64,000 nt of DNA, from the NCBI RefSeq assembly GCF_042231735.1, contig NZ_CP102577.1:3039281-3103280 (forward strand), read 5' to 3'. The notes beneath the pieces are model-generated. The model was not told the origin of the DNA. It saw nothing but the letters and a program-made list of their open reading frames with translations, and searched no databases. Source of the stretch: Corallococcus exercitus (GTDB lineage: Bacteria; Myxococcota; Myxococcia; Myxococcales; Myxococcaceae). Within the stretch, counting starts at the first letter, position 1. Each line of letters starts with the position of its first letter. Positions 55,186 through 64,000 of this stretch are shown here, one piece after another. Made by a program: the position numbers and the translations under genes.

Positions 55186-56430
55186 GTGGGCACGGGTTCC
55201 TCGACAGACTGGCGTCAGCGGCGCGCCCGGAAAGAGCGCGCCCCCCTGCGCTATCTGGTGGCGGGCATCCTGGCGCTCCTGGCCCAGGCGGCCTTCGTGG
55301 GCTTCGTGCTCCTGGTGTCCGCCGTGCAGGCGAACCTCCCGCCGGAGAAGCGCCCCGCGCGGCCCACGTCCGTGGCGGTGAGGCCGCTCACGTCGGACCA
55401 GTGGGCGAAGAACCGGGGGCCGGTGGCGCAGCAGCAGACGAAGCCCCGCCCCACCGAAAAGCGCGAGCCCAGGGAAGAGAAGAAGCCGGACGAGACGAAG
55501 CCCCAGGGCCAGGTGGTGGACGTGGCGCCGGGGAATGATCAGCAGTCCCCGGACGCGAAGTACCTGGCCGAGCACAACAACACGGTGGAGAAGGAGACGC
55601 GCGCGCGCGACCAGACGGCCTTCTACCGCAACGCCATGCCCCAGCGGACCGCGCCCCAGAAGCAGGAGGGCGCGCAGCAGGAGCAGGTGCAGCCGCCGCG
55701 CGTGTCGGGCAACAACGGCCAGGGCGCGGACGACCGGCCCCAGTCGCAGGGCGGCAAGAAGCCCGTCTTCGAGATGCCGGAGACGCGCCGCAAGCAGGAG
55801 ATCGCCATGAAGACGGATCCGCGCGAGCGAGGCCCGGGCATGGCGGTGAACAACCAGTCGGAGAGCGAAGCCACCCAGGGCAACGCGAAGCGCCTGCGCA
55901 TCCAGCCCGGCGAGGGCGAGGACAGCGAGCAGGAGGGCTCCACCGGCCGCACCGGCTCCCCGGGCCTGGCCACGCTGATGCCCTCGCAGGCGGCGATGGA
56001 CCGGGTGGTGGGCGCGGCTCCCAACGACATGCTCCAGGACCAGGAGGAGGGCGACGGCACCTTCCTCAACACGCGCGAGTGGAAGTACGCCAGCTTCTTC
56101 AACCGCGTGAAGCAGAGCGTGGGCATGCACTGGAACCCCAACGAGCAGCTGCGCATGCGCGACCCGACGGGGAACATCTACTCCGGGCGCGACCGCCAGA
56201 CGCTGCTCACCATCACCCTGGACGAGCGCGGCGCGGTGAAGGACATCCAGGTGGAGAAGAGCAGCGGCCTGGACTTCCTGGACATGGAGGCCGTGGCCTC
56301 CTTCAAGCGCGCGCAGCCCTTCCCCAACCCGCCCTCCGGCCTGCTGAGCCAGGACGCGACGGTGCGCTTCCAGTTCGGCTTCTTCCTGGAGATGGGCGGC
56401 GGCCCGCGGATGCGGTTGTTCCGACAGTAG
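55186..56430 (+). CDS. TonB-C-like domain membrane protein
   Basis: GTG start; N-terminal TM (LVAGILALLAQAAFVGFVLLV), long basic/Pro/Gln-rich spacer, C-terminal TonB-like fold (...RGAVKDIQVEKSSGLDFLDMEAVASFKRAQPFPNPPSGLL...). Confidence 0.55.
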   Translation: MGTGSSTDWRQRRARKERAPLRYLVAGILALLAQAAFVGFVLLVSAVQANLPPEKRPARPTSVAVRPLTSDQWAKNRGPVAQQQTKPRPTEKREPREEKKPDETKPQGQVVDVAPGNDQQSPDAKYLAEHNNTVEKETRARDQTAFYRNAMPQRTAPQKQEGAQQEQVQPPRVSGNNGQGADDRPQSQGGKKPVFEMPETRRKQEIAMKTDPRERGPGMAVNNQSESEATQGNAKRLRIQPGEGEDSEQEGSTGRTGSPGLATLMPSQAAMDRVVGAAPNDMLQDQEEGDGTFLNTREWKYASFFNRVKQSVGMHWNPNEQLRMRDPTGNIYSGRDRQTLLTITLDERGAVKDIQVEKSSGLDFLDMEAVASFKRAQPFPNPPSGLLSQDATVRFQFGFFLEMGGGPRMRLFRQ

Positions 56431-56481
56431 GACCCACGGAGCCCTCGCGACGGACGGCCCGGGGCACTACCCTGCCCCGCC

Positions 56482-57381
56482 GTGGAAGCCTCCCTCGTCG
56501 ACCGCAGCGCCGCGCTCCAGGAGCGCAACCGGAAGGTCCGCTTCGTCCTCCTGGCCATCCTCGGGGCCAACTGGGTGGTGGCCGTCGCCAAGCTCGTCTT
56601 CGGGCTCATGGCCCACTCGGCTTCGGTGACGGCGGACGGGCTGCACTCGTTCATCGACGGCAGCTCCAACGTGCTGGGGCTCGTCGCCATGGGCGTCGCG
56701 TCGCAGCCGGCGGACGCGGACCACCCCTACGGCCACGGCAAGTTCGAGGCGCTCGCGTCGCTGGGCATCGGCGCGATGATTGGCGTGGGCATGCTGGAGC
56801 TGGGGCGCATGGCGTTCGACTCGCTCCTGCACGACAAGCACCCCACGGTGTCGCTGACGATGGCGGCGGTGATGGTCTTCACGCTCGTCATCAACCTCAT
56901 CGTCACCCGCGTGGAGCGGCACTACGGGCAGAAGTACAAGAGCTCGCTGCTGCTCGCGGACGCGCAGCACACGCTGTCGGACGTGTTCGTGAGCATCGCG
57001 GTGCTCGTCTCCATTGGCCTCGTGGCGCTGGGCTTTCCGCGCGCGGACGGCCTCGTGGCGCTGGCCGTGATGCTGTTCGTGGCGCGGGTGGCCTACGGCA
57101 TCGTGCGGCAGGCGGTGGGCATCCTCTCCGACACCGCGCGCCTGGACCCGGCGCAGGTGTCCCAGCACACGCTCGCGGTGGCCGGCGTGCGCTCGTGCCG
57201 CGACGTGCGCAGCCGGGGCATGGAGGAGAGCGTCTACGTGGACCTGAAGATCGAGGTCGACCCGCAGCTCACCACCGCGCAGGCCCACGAGGTCGCGGAC
57301 CGGGTGGAGGAGACGCTGCACGACGCCTACCCCCAGGTGGTGGACGTGGTGGTGCACGTGGAGCCCGCGAAGGGCCGTTGA
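56482..57381 (+). CDS. cation diffusion facilitator family transporter
   Basis: GTG start. CDF signature SVTADGLHSFIDGSSNVLGL...HPYGHGKFE; six TM segments and a C-terminal cytoplasmic domain. Confidence 0.85.
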   Translation: MEASLVDRSAALQERNRKVRFVLLAILGANWVVAVAKLVFGLMAHSASVTADGLHSFIDGSSNVLGLVAMGVASQPADADHPYGHGKFEALASLGIGAMIGVGMLELGRMAFDSLLHDKHPTVSLTMAAVMVFTLVINLIVTRVERHYGQKYKSSLLLADAQHTLSDVFVSIAVLVSIGLVALGFPRADGLVALAVMLFVARVAYGIVRQAVGILSDTARLDPAQVSQHTLAVAGVRSCRDVRSRGMEESVYVDLKIEVDPQLTTAQAHEVADRVEETLHDAYPQVVDVVVHVEPAKGR

Positions 57382-57402
57382 AGGCCCGATAGAAACACGA
57401 GG

Positions 57403-57432
57403 GCCGCCTTCCGATGCGCTGGAAGACGGCCC
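57403..57432. terminator. bidirectional hairpin between convergent CDF transporter and gcvP
   Basis: GGGCCGCCTTCC-gatgcgct-GGAAGACGGCCC (one mismatch). T-rich on the minus-strand side only. Confidence 0.4.
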
Positions 57433-57460
57433 CGGTGATGCGTTCAGCGGACTTCGAGCG

Positions 57461-60364
57461 CTACGCGACCTTCTGCTCGGGCGTGTCGTAGTCCTCGATG
57501 GGCGGGCACGAGCACACGAGCTTGCGGTCACCCAGCACGTTGTTCAGGCGTCCCACGGACGGCCAGAACTTGTTGTCGCGCACCCACGGCGTGGGGAACA
57601 CGGCCTGCTCGCGGGTGTACGGGCGGTTCCACTCCGGCGCGGTGAGGGTGCGCGCGGTGTGCGGCGCGTTCTTCAGGACGTTGTTGTCCTTGGGCGCGCG
57701 GCCCTCCTCCACGTCGCGGATCTCCTGGCGGATGGCGATCATCGCGTCGCAGAAGCGGTCCAGCTCCGCCTTGGACTCGGACTCCGTGGGCTCGATCATC
57801 AGCGTGCCCGCCACCGGGAACGACACGGTGGGCGCGTGGAAGCCGTAGTCCATGAGGCGCTTGGCCACGTCCTCCACCTCCACGCCCGCGGTCTTCTTGA
57901 GCGGGCGCAGGTCCACGATGCACTCGTGGGCCACCCGGCCGCGCTTGCCCCGGTACAGCACCGGGTAGTGCGGCTGCAGCCGCTCCGCGACGTAGTTGGC
58001 GTTGAGGATGGCCAGCTTCGTGGCCTGCGTCAGGCCCTCGCCGCCCATCATCTGCACGTACATCCAGGAGATGAGCAGGATGCTGGCGCTACCCCACGGC
58101 GCCGCGGAGATGGCGCCGATGGCGTCCGAGCCGCCCGTCTGGATGACGGGGTGTCCGGGGAGGAACTTCACCAGGTGGGACGCCACGCAGATGGGGCCCA
58201 TGCCCGGGCCGCCACCGCCGTGCGGGATGCAGAACGTCTTGTGCAGGTTGATGTGGCAGACGTCCGCGCCCACCAGGCCCGGCGCGGTGAGGCCCACCTG
58301 CGCGTTGAGGTTGGCGCCGTCCATGTACACCTGGCCGCCACGCTCGTGGATGGTGGAGCAGATCTCGCGGATCTCCTCCTCGAACACGCCGTGCGTGGAG
58401 GGGTACGTCACCATCAGCGCGGCGAGCTTGTCCTTGTGCTCGTCCGCCTTGGCGCGCAGGTCGCCCAGGTCGATGTTGCCGTTCTCGTCGCACCTGGTGA
58501 CGACGACGCGGTAGCCGGCCATCACCGCGGAGGCCGGGTTGGTGCCGTGCGCGGAGGACGGGATGAGGCACACGTCGCGGTGCCCCTGCCCGCGCGCCTG
58601 GTGGTAGGCGCGGATGACGAGCAGGCCCGCGTACTCACCCTGGCTGCCCGCGTTGGGCTGCAGCGAGCACCCGGCGAAGCCCGTCACCTGCGACAGCGCG
58701 TTCTCCAGCTGCTCGAAGACGACCTTGTAGCCGGCCGCCTGCGACGTGGGCGCGAACGGGTGCAGCTTGCTGAACTGGGGCCACGTCACCGGGATCATCT
58801 CCGCGGTGGCGTTGAGCTTCATGGTGCAGCTGCCCAGCGGAATCATGGAGTGCGTGAGGGACAGGTCCTTCGCCTCCAGCCGGCGCACGTACCGCAGCAT
58901 CTCCGTCTCGGAGTGGTAGCGGTTGAAGACCGGGTGCGTGAGGTACGCGCTCTGGCGGCGCAGCTCGGGGGCGAGCGGGCTCTCCAGGCCCTCGGCGACC
59001 TCGTCCAGGTTCACCGGGGACGCGGACTTGTTCGCGCCCTGGATGAAGGCCGCGAGGATGTCCTCCACGTCCTTGGCGCGCGTCGTCTCGTCCAGCGACA
59101 GGCCGAGCGTCTTCTCGTCGATGCGACGGAAGTTCATCTTCGACGCTTCGGCGGCGGCCAGCACGCCGCGCACCTGCGGCGGCGTCAGCTCCACGCGCAG
59201 CGTGTCGAAGAACTGATCATACCGCGGCTTGAAGCCCAGCTTCGCGAGGCCCCGCGACAGCACCACCGTGAGCCCGTGCACGCGCTCCGCGATGGCCTTG
59301 AGCCCCTCCGGCCCGTGGTAGACGGCGTACATGCCGGCCATCACGGCCAGCAGCACCTGCGCGGTGCAGATGTTGCTCGTGGCCTTCTCACGGCGGATGT
59401 GCTGCTCGCGCGTCTGCAGCGCCATGCGCAGCGCGGGCCGGCCCTGCGCATCCTCGGACACGCCGATGAGGCGGCCCGGCATCACGCGGGTGTAGGCGTG
59501 CTTCGTGGCGAAGAAGGCGGCGTGCGGGCCGCCGTAGCCCAGCGGCACGCCGAAGCGCTGCGCGCTGCCCACCACCGCGTCCGCGCCGAACTCGCCCGGG
59601 GGCGTGAGCAGCGTCAGGGCCAGCAGGTCCGCCGCGACGACGAACAGGCCGCCCGCCGCGTGCACCTTCTCACCGAAGGCGCGGTAGTCGTGCACCACGC
59701 CGTCCGTCGCCGGGTACTGCACCAGCGCGCCGAAGAACTTCTTCTGGGCCAGGTCCACCGTGCGGTGGTCGCCCACGACGACCTCCACGCCCAGGGGGAT
59801 GGCGCGCGTGCGCACCACGTCCACCGTCTGCGGGTGGCAGGCGTCGGAGACGAAGAACGCGCCGCCCGTGCCGTCGCCCTTGGCGTGCATGGCCAGCGCC
59901 ATGGCCTCCGCCGCGGCGGTGCCCTCGTCGAGCAGGGAGGCGTTGGCCACCTCCATGCCGGTGAGGTCCGTCACCATCGTCTGGAAGTTGAGCAGCGCCT
60001 CCAGCCGGCCCTGGGCGATCTCCGCCTGGTAGGGCGTGTACTGGGTGTACCAGCCCGGGTTCTGGAAGATGTTGCGCAGGATGACGTTGGGGACGTGGGT
60101 GTCGCTGTAGCCCATGCCGATGAAGGACCGGAACACCTGGTTCTTCGCCGCGATGGCCTCCAGCTGCGCCAGCACCTCGTTCTCGCCACGGCCGGCGGGC
60201 AGGCGCAGGGGCTCCTGGGAGCGGATGGCGGGGGGCACGGCGCTCTCGATGAAGGCATCGAGCGAGGTGACGCCCAGCGTGGACAGCATCTGCTTCACTT
60301 CAGGGGTCTCCGGGCCGATGTGCCGGCCGGCGAAGGACTCCTGGTACTTCCAGTTGAGGGACAT
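57461..60364 (-). CDS. gcvP: glycine dehydrogenase (decarboxylating), single-chain P protein
   Basis: ATG 60364 gives [18 protein letters not shown]; about 967 aa. Confidence 0.95.
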   Translation of the reverse strand: MSLNWKYQESFAGRHIGPETPEVKQMLSTLGVTSLDAFIESAVPPAIRSQEPLRLPAGRGENEVLAQLEAIAAKNQVFRSFIGMGYSDTHVPNVILRNIFQNPGWYTQYTPYQAEIAQGRLEALLNFQTMVTDLTGMEVANASLLDEGTAAAEAMALAMHAKGDGTGGAFFVSDACHPQTVDVVRTRAIPLGVEVVVGDHRTVDLAQKKFFGALVQYPATDGVVHDYRAFGEKVHAAGGLFVVAADLLALTLLTPPGEFGADAVVGSAQRFGVPLGYGGPHAAFFATKHAYTRVMPGRLIGVSEDAQGRPALRMALQTREQHIRREKATSNICTAQVLLAVMAGMYAVYHGPEGLKAIAERVHGLTVVLSRGLAKLGFKPRYDQFFDTLRVELTPPQVRGVLAAAEASKMNFRRIDEKTLGLSLDETTRAKDVEDILAAFIQGANKSASPVNLDEVAEGLESPLAPELRRQSAYLTHPVFNRYHSETEMLRYVRRLEAKDLSLTHSMIPLGSCTMKLNATAEMIPVTWPQFSKLHPFAPTSQAAGYKVVFEQLENALSQVTGFAGCSLQPNAGSQGEYAGLLVIRAYHQARGQGHRDVCLIPSSAHGTNPASAVMAGYRVVVTRCDENGNIDLGDLRAKADEHKDKLAALMVTYPSTHGVFEEEIREICSTIHERGGQVYMDGANLNAQVGLTAPGLVGADVCHINLHKTFCIPHGGGGPGMGPICVASHLVKFLPGHPVIQTGGSDAIGAISAAPWGSASILLISWMYVQMMGGEGLTQATKLAILNANYVAERLQPHYPVLYRGKRGRVAHECIVDLRPLKKTAGVEVEDVAKRLMDYGFHAPTVSFPVAGTLMIEPTESESKAELDRFCDAMIAIRQEIRDVEEGRAPKDNNVLKNAPHTARTLTAPEWNRPYTREQAVFPTPWVRDNKFWPSVGRLNNVLGDRKLVCSCPPIEDYDTPEQKVA

Positions 60365-60475
60365 GGTCGGAAGGGCTCGCGTGAGGTGCGTCAAGAAGGT
60401 CGGCGTCCGAGCGGGCTCGGTGCCTCATGGAGCGTCTCTAACAACCGGGACGCCGGACTTCTTGCGCGCGCGTGA

Positions 60476-60859
60476 CTACTTGGTGAGCGGCTCGTAGGCG
60501 GCGGCGTCCAGGAGCTTGCCCACCTGCTCGGCGTCCGAGGGCTCGACCTCGACAATCCAGCCCTTCCCGTACGGGTCGGAGTTGATGAGGGACGGGTTGC
60601 CGGTGAGCTCGTCGTTCACCTTCACCACGGTGCCGGAGATGGGGGCGAACAGGTCCGACACGGCCTTGGTGGACTCGATGACGCCGAAGTTCTTGCCCTC
60701 GACGAGCTGGACGCCCAGCTTGGGCAGCTCCACGTAGACCACGTCACCCAGCGACTCCTGGGCGTGGTGCGTGACGCCCACCACCACGGTCTTGCCCGTG
60801 GTGCGGGCCCACTCGTGCTCCTTCGTGTACTTCAGGTCCTGCGGGATGTTGTCAGACAT
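60476..60859 (-). CDS. gcvH: glycine cleavage system H protein
   Basis: MSDNIPQDLKYTKEHEWAR...; lipoyl-lysine motif ESTKAVSDLFAPISG. Confidence 0.9.
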   Translation of the reverse strand: MSDNIPQDLKYTKEHEWARTTGKTVVVGVTHHAQESLGDVVYVELPKLGVQLVEGKNFGVIESTKAVSDLFAPISGTVVKVNDELTGNPSLINSDPYGKGWIVEVEPSDAEQVGKLLDAAAYEPLTK

Positions 60860-60897
60860 GGAGGCGGCTCCTCGCAACGGGTGCGAACGGGAGGGAA

Positions 60898-61983
60898 TCA
60901 GGACTTCTTGAGGAAGGGGGTCTTCACGACGACCGCGGGCACGGCGCGGCCGCGGATCTCCACGTCGAAGGTGGAGCCTTCGGTGGCGAGGTTCGTGGGC
61001 ACGTAGCCCATGCCGATGGGCTTCTTCACCGTGGGGCCCTGGGTGCCGCTGGTCACCTCACCCACGCGGACGCCGTCCTTGAGGATGGGGTAGCCGTGGC
61101 GCGGGATGCCGGCGCCGGTGAGCTCGAAGCCCACGAGCTTGCGGGGCACGCCGGCGGCCTTCTGAGCGACGAGCGCGTCCTTGCCGATGAAGCCGCCCGC
61201 CTTGTCCAGCTTGACGATCCAGCCCAGGCCCGCCTCCAGGGCGGTGTGCGCGTCGTCGATGTCGTTGCCGTAGAGCGCGTACTTCATCTCCGTGCGCAGC
61301 GAGTCGCGGGCGCCCAGGCCGCAGGGCTTCACCCCGTCCGGCTGCCCGGCCTCCAGGAGCGCGTCCCAGAGCTTCACCGCGTCGTCGGTGGCGCAGTACA
61401 GCTCGAAGCCGTCCTCGCCGGTGTAGCCCGTGCGGGAGATGATGGACTTCACGCCGGCCACCTCCCCTTCCGTGAAGCGGTAGGTGCCCACCTTGGACAG
61501 GTCCGCCTGGGTCAGGCGCTGCACCAGCCCCACGGCCTTGGGGCCCTGGACGGCGATCTGCGCGTACTCGTCCCCGCGGTCCACGGGGGTGACGCCCTCC
61601 GCGCGCGCCTTCATCCAGGCGAAGTCCTTCTCGCGGTTGCTGGAGTTGACGCAGATGAGGATGCGCTCGGGGCTGAAGCGGTAGGCGACGACGTCGTCCA
61701 CGAAGCCGCCCAGGTCGTTGAGCAGGCCCGCGTAGACGGCCTGGCCGTCCTGGCAGCGGGCCAGGTCGTTGGAGATGAGCCGGTTCACGGTCTCCAGCGC
61801 GCCGGGGCCGGCGAACTCGATCTCCCCCATGTGGGAGACGTCGAACAGGCCGACGGCGGTGCGCACGGCCTCGTGCTCGGCGATGACGGACGAGTACTGC
61901 ACCGGCATGTCCCAGCCGACGAAGTCGACCATCCGGGCCCCCAGCTTGCGGTGGGCCTCGTTCAGGGGCGTACGCCGGGTCAT
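60898..61983 (-). CDS. gcvT: glycine cleavage system aminomethyltransferase T
   Basis: ATG 61983 gives [30 protein letters not shown]. Confidence 0.9.
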   Translation of the reverse strand: MTRRTPLNEAHRKLGARMVDFVGWDMPVQYSSVIAEHEAVRTAVGLFDVSHMGEIEFAGPGALETVNRLISNDLARCQDGQAVYAGLLNDLGGFVDDVVAYRFSPERILICVNSSNREKDFAWMKARAEGVTPVDRGDEYAQIAVQGPKAVGLVQRLTQADLSKVGTYRFTEGEVAGVKSIISRTGYTGEDGFELYCATDDAVKLWDALLEAGQPDGVKPCGLGARDSLRTEMKYALYGNDIDDAHTALEAGLGWIVKLDKAGGFIGKDALVAQKAAGVPRKLVGFELTGAGIPRHGYPILKDGVRVGEVTSGTQGPTVKKPIGMGYVPTNLATEGSTFDVEIRGRAVPAVVVKTPFLKKS

Positions 61984-62088
61984 TGACTTCTCCATGGGCA
62001 GAAAAGGGGGGTGGTGAAACGGCGCGGACTATAGCGACGCACCTTCTCCGATCAAGGCCGACGCGGAAGGGACTAAACTCCTCCTGAC

Positions 62089-62961
62089 ATGAAGATCCGC
62101 AACTGCCTCAATCCCTCCCGGCCAAGCTTCTCCTTCGAGTTTTTTCCTCCCAAGACGGACGCGGGCGTGGCCTCGCTCCTGCGCACGGTGGAGGAGCTTG
62201 CGCCGTTGGAGCCGGGGTTCGTGTCGGTGACGTACGGGGCGGGCGGGAGCACGCGCGACCGGACGGTGGAGCTGGTCACACACATCAAGCAGCAGACCGG
62301 CATCGAGGCGATGGCCCACCTGACGTGCGTGGGACACACCCGCGACGAGCTTCGTGACGTGCTGCGCCGGCTCGACGCGGCAGGCATCGAGAACGTGCTC
62401 CTCTTGCGCGGGGACCCGCCGCAGGGCCAGACGACGTTCGAGCCGGTGCCCGGGGGCTTCCGCTACGCGGAGGAGCTGGTCCGATTCGTCCGAGAAGAGG
62501 ATTTCAACTTCTGCATCGGGGGTGCGTGCTATCCGGAGGGCCACGTGGAGACGGCGTCTCGCGAGGACGACCTCAAACACCTGAAGGCCAAGGTGGATGC
62601 GGGGATGGACTTCGTGGTGACGCAGCTCTTCTTCGACAACGCCTTCTACTTCGACTTCGTGGAGCGGGCGCGGCGGGTGGGCATCAACGTCCCCATCGTC
62701 CCCGGCATCATGCCCATCACCAACTACGAGCAGGTCCAGCGCTTCACGCGCATGTGCGGCGCCACGGTGCCCATGCGTCTGGCGCTCCAGATGGAGCGCG
62801 TGAAGGACCAGCCGGACGCCGTCGTGCAGCTGGGGGTGGCGCACGCCACGGTGCAGTGCATGGAGCTGTTGTCGCGCGGCGTGCCGGGCATCCACTTCTA
62901 CACGCTGAACAAGTCCCCCGCGACGCGGATGATCGTGGGCGCGCTGAAGGTGCGGTCATGA
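62089..62961 (+). CDS. metF: 5,10-methylenetetrahydrofolate reductase
   Basis: 290 aa; FSFEFFPPKT...VTYGAGGSTR...HLTCVGHTRDEL... Confidence 0.85.
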   Translation: MKIRNCLNPSRPSFSFEFFPPKTDAGVASLLRTVEELAPLEPGFVSVTYGAGGSTRDRTVELVTHIKQQTGIEAMAHLTCVGHTRDELRDVLRRLDAAGIENVLLLRGDPPQGQTTFEPVPGGFRYAEELVRFVREEDFNFCIGGACYPEGHVETASREDDLKHLKAKVDAGMDFVVTQLFFDNAFYFDFVERARRVGINVPIVPGIMPITNYEQVQRFTRMCGATVPMRLALQMERVKDQPDAVVQLGVAHATVQCMELLSRGVPGIHFYTLNKSPATRMIVGALKVRS

Positions 62962-63380
62962 GCGGCCCGGGTCCGCGGCTGGCGCCGGACGACCCGCGCC
63001 TCAAGATCTTCCAGATCGTGCGCTTCCCGGCGTTCTTCCTGCTCATCGTCGGCGTGCTGCACGTCACCTTCAGCCTGCTGGGCGGGGTGCTGGCGGCGCT
63101 GAAGGTGGCGTCGCCCTTCTCGACGCCGGGACAGGCGCCGGTGGTGCTGGAGTTCACGATGGGGTTCTCGCTGGCCATCCTGGGCGGGATCCTCTGCGGA
63201 CTCCTGGCCATCTGGGGCGCGTGGAACGCGATGAACCTCAAGGGCTACGGCCTGGCGACGGTGGGCGCCATCTGCGCGATGTACACGCTGACGCCCGGCT
63301 GTTTCATCGGCGTGCCGGTGGCGGTGTGGATGCTCTTCACGCTGCGCCGCGACGGCGTGCGCGAGGCCTTCGCACCATGA
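62958..63380 (+). CDS. small integral membrane protein (4 TM), unknown function
   Basis: ATGA overlap with the metF stop; hydrophobic helices FFLLIVGVLHVTFSLLGGVLAAL and FSLAILGGILCGLLAIWGAW. Confidence 0.5.
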   Translation: MSGPGPRLAPDDPRLKIFQIVRFPAFFLLIVGVLHVTFSLLGGVLAALKVASPFSTPGQAPVVLEFTMGFSLAILGGILCGLLAIWGAWNAMNLKGYGLATVGAICAMYTLTPGCFIGVPVAVWMLFTLRRDGVREAFAP

Positions 63381-64000
63381 ACCCGCGCGCCGTCCGCACG
63401 GTGCGCTTCCTGCTCACGGGCCTGGGCAACGTGGGCGTGCCGCTCCTGGAGATCCTCCAGTCGCGAGCGTCGCTGCTGATGGAGCGCTACCGGCTGGAGC
63501 TCCTGCCGGTGGGGCTGGCGGACTCGGGCGGCGCGGCGGTGTCGCCGCATGGGCTGGACGTGGCGTCGGTGCTGGCGGTGAAGCGGGCGCGGCACTCGGT
63601 GGCGTCGCTGCCGGTGGTGGGGCGTCCGGGGATGAGCGGGCGCGACCTGGTGCGCGAGGTGAAGGCGGACCTCCTGCTGGAAGCCACGCCCACGAGCTTC
63701 CAGGACGGGCAGCCCGGGCTGGACATCACGCGGGACGCGCTGTCGCGGGGCATGGCGGCGGTGCTCGCGAGCAAGGGGCCGCTGGTGCTGGGGTTCCAGG
63801 AGCTGGCGTCCTTGAGCGACCTGGAGTCGCCGGGCCGCCCTCCCCTGCGCTTCAGCGCCGCGGTGGGCGGGGCGATGCCGCTGGTGAACGTGGGCCGCCG
63901 GGACCTGGCGCTGGGGAGGCTCGGCCGGTTCGAGGGCGTGCTCAACAGCACCAGCCACCTGCTGCTGTGCCGAATGGCCGAGGGCAAGACGTACGACGCC
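63376..64000 (+). CDS. homoserine dehydrogenase (5' part, truncated by window end)
   Basis: ATG 63376 overlaps the previous stop. N-terminal Rossmann motif LLTGLGNVGVPLLEIL plus HDH-like downstream sequence; no stop within the window. Confidence 0.55.

Noticed and set aside
57659-60475. 938-aa plus-strand ORF
   Set aside because: Antisense to gcvP.
61984-62088. Possible glycine riboswitch upstream of gcvT
   Set aside because: I could not see the conserved aptamer signatures and the spacer is too short for a tandem aptamer. It is kept only as a finding to test, not as a feature.

Overview
This is a high-GC (about 68-70%) window that looks myxobacterial (Myxococcus or Corallococcus-like). Everything here was read directly from the translated ORF track and the nucleotide sequence; no database searches were run.

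The window is mostly core genome on the minus strand. From high to low coordinates: gcvT-gcvH-gcvP, a tRNA-Cys, asd and the 7Fe ferredoxin fdxA, then the classic tRNA-Thr/Tyr/Gly/Thr - tuf - rpmG - tRNA-Trp - secE - nusG - rplKAJL - rpoBC block, then a run of accessory-like genes: two phasin-like genes, an SLT transglycosylase, a TPR lipoprotein, recO, a PfkB kinase, two tandem Pol-beta-type nucleotidyltransferases, a PEGA-domain Ser/Thr kinase and glyQS. The low-coordinate end (49..6799) is a Tad-like secretion module, truncated by the window edge: CpaC-family secretin, CpaA-type prepilin peptidase, an FHA-domain protein and two large translationally coupled lipoproteins. This resembles the Tad-like Kil contact-killing apparatus described in Myxococcus.

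The plus-strand middle section (39.8-47.9 kb) carries a HEAT protein, a HAD hydrolase, an acidic AT-hook protein, hrpB and uncharacterised secreted proteins.

I found no CRISPR arrays and no mobile elements. Several very long ORFs in the track (1100-1400 aa) are antisense artefacts typical of GC-rich DNA. The most interesting unexplained items are the tandem nucleotidyltransferase pair, the lipoprotein/FHA part of the Tad-like locus and a few Myxococcus-type hypothetical proteins. I cannot show from sequence alone that any of these is a new system.
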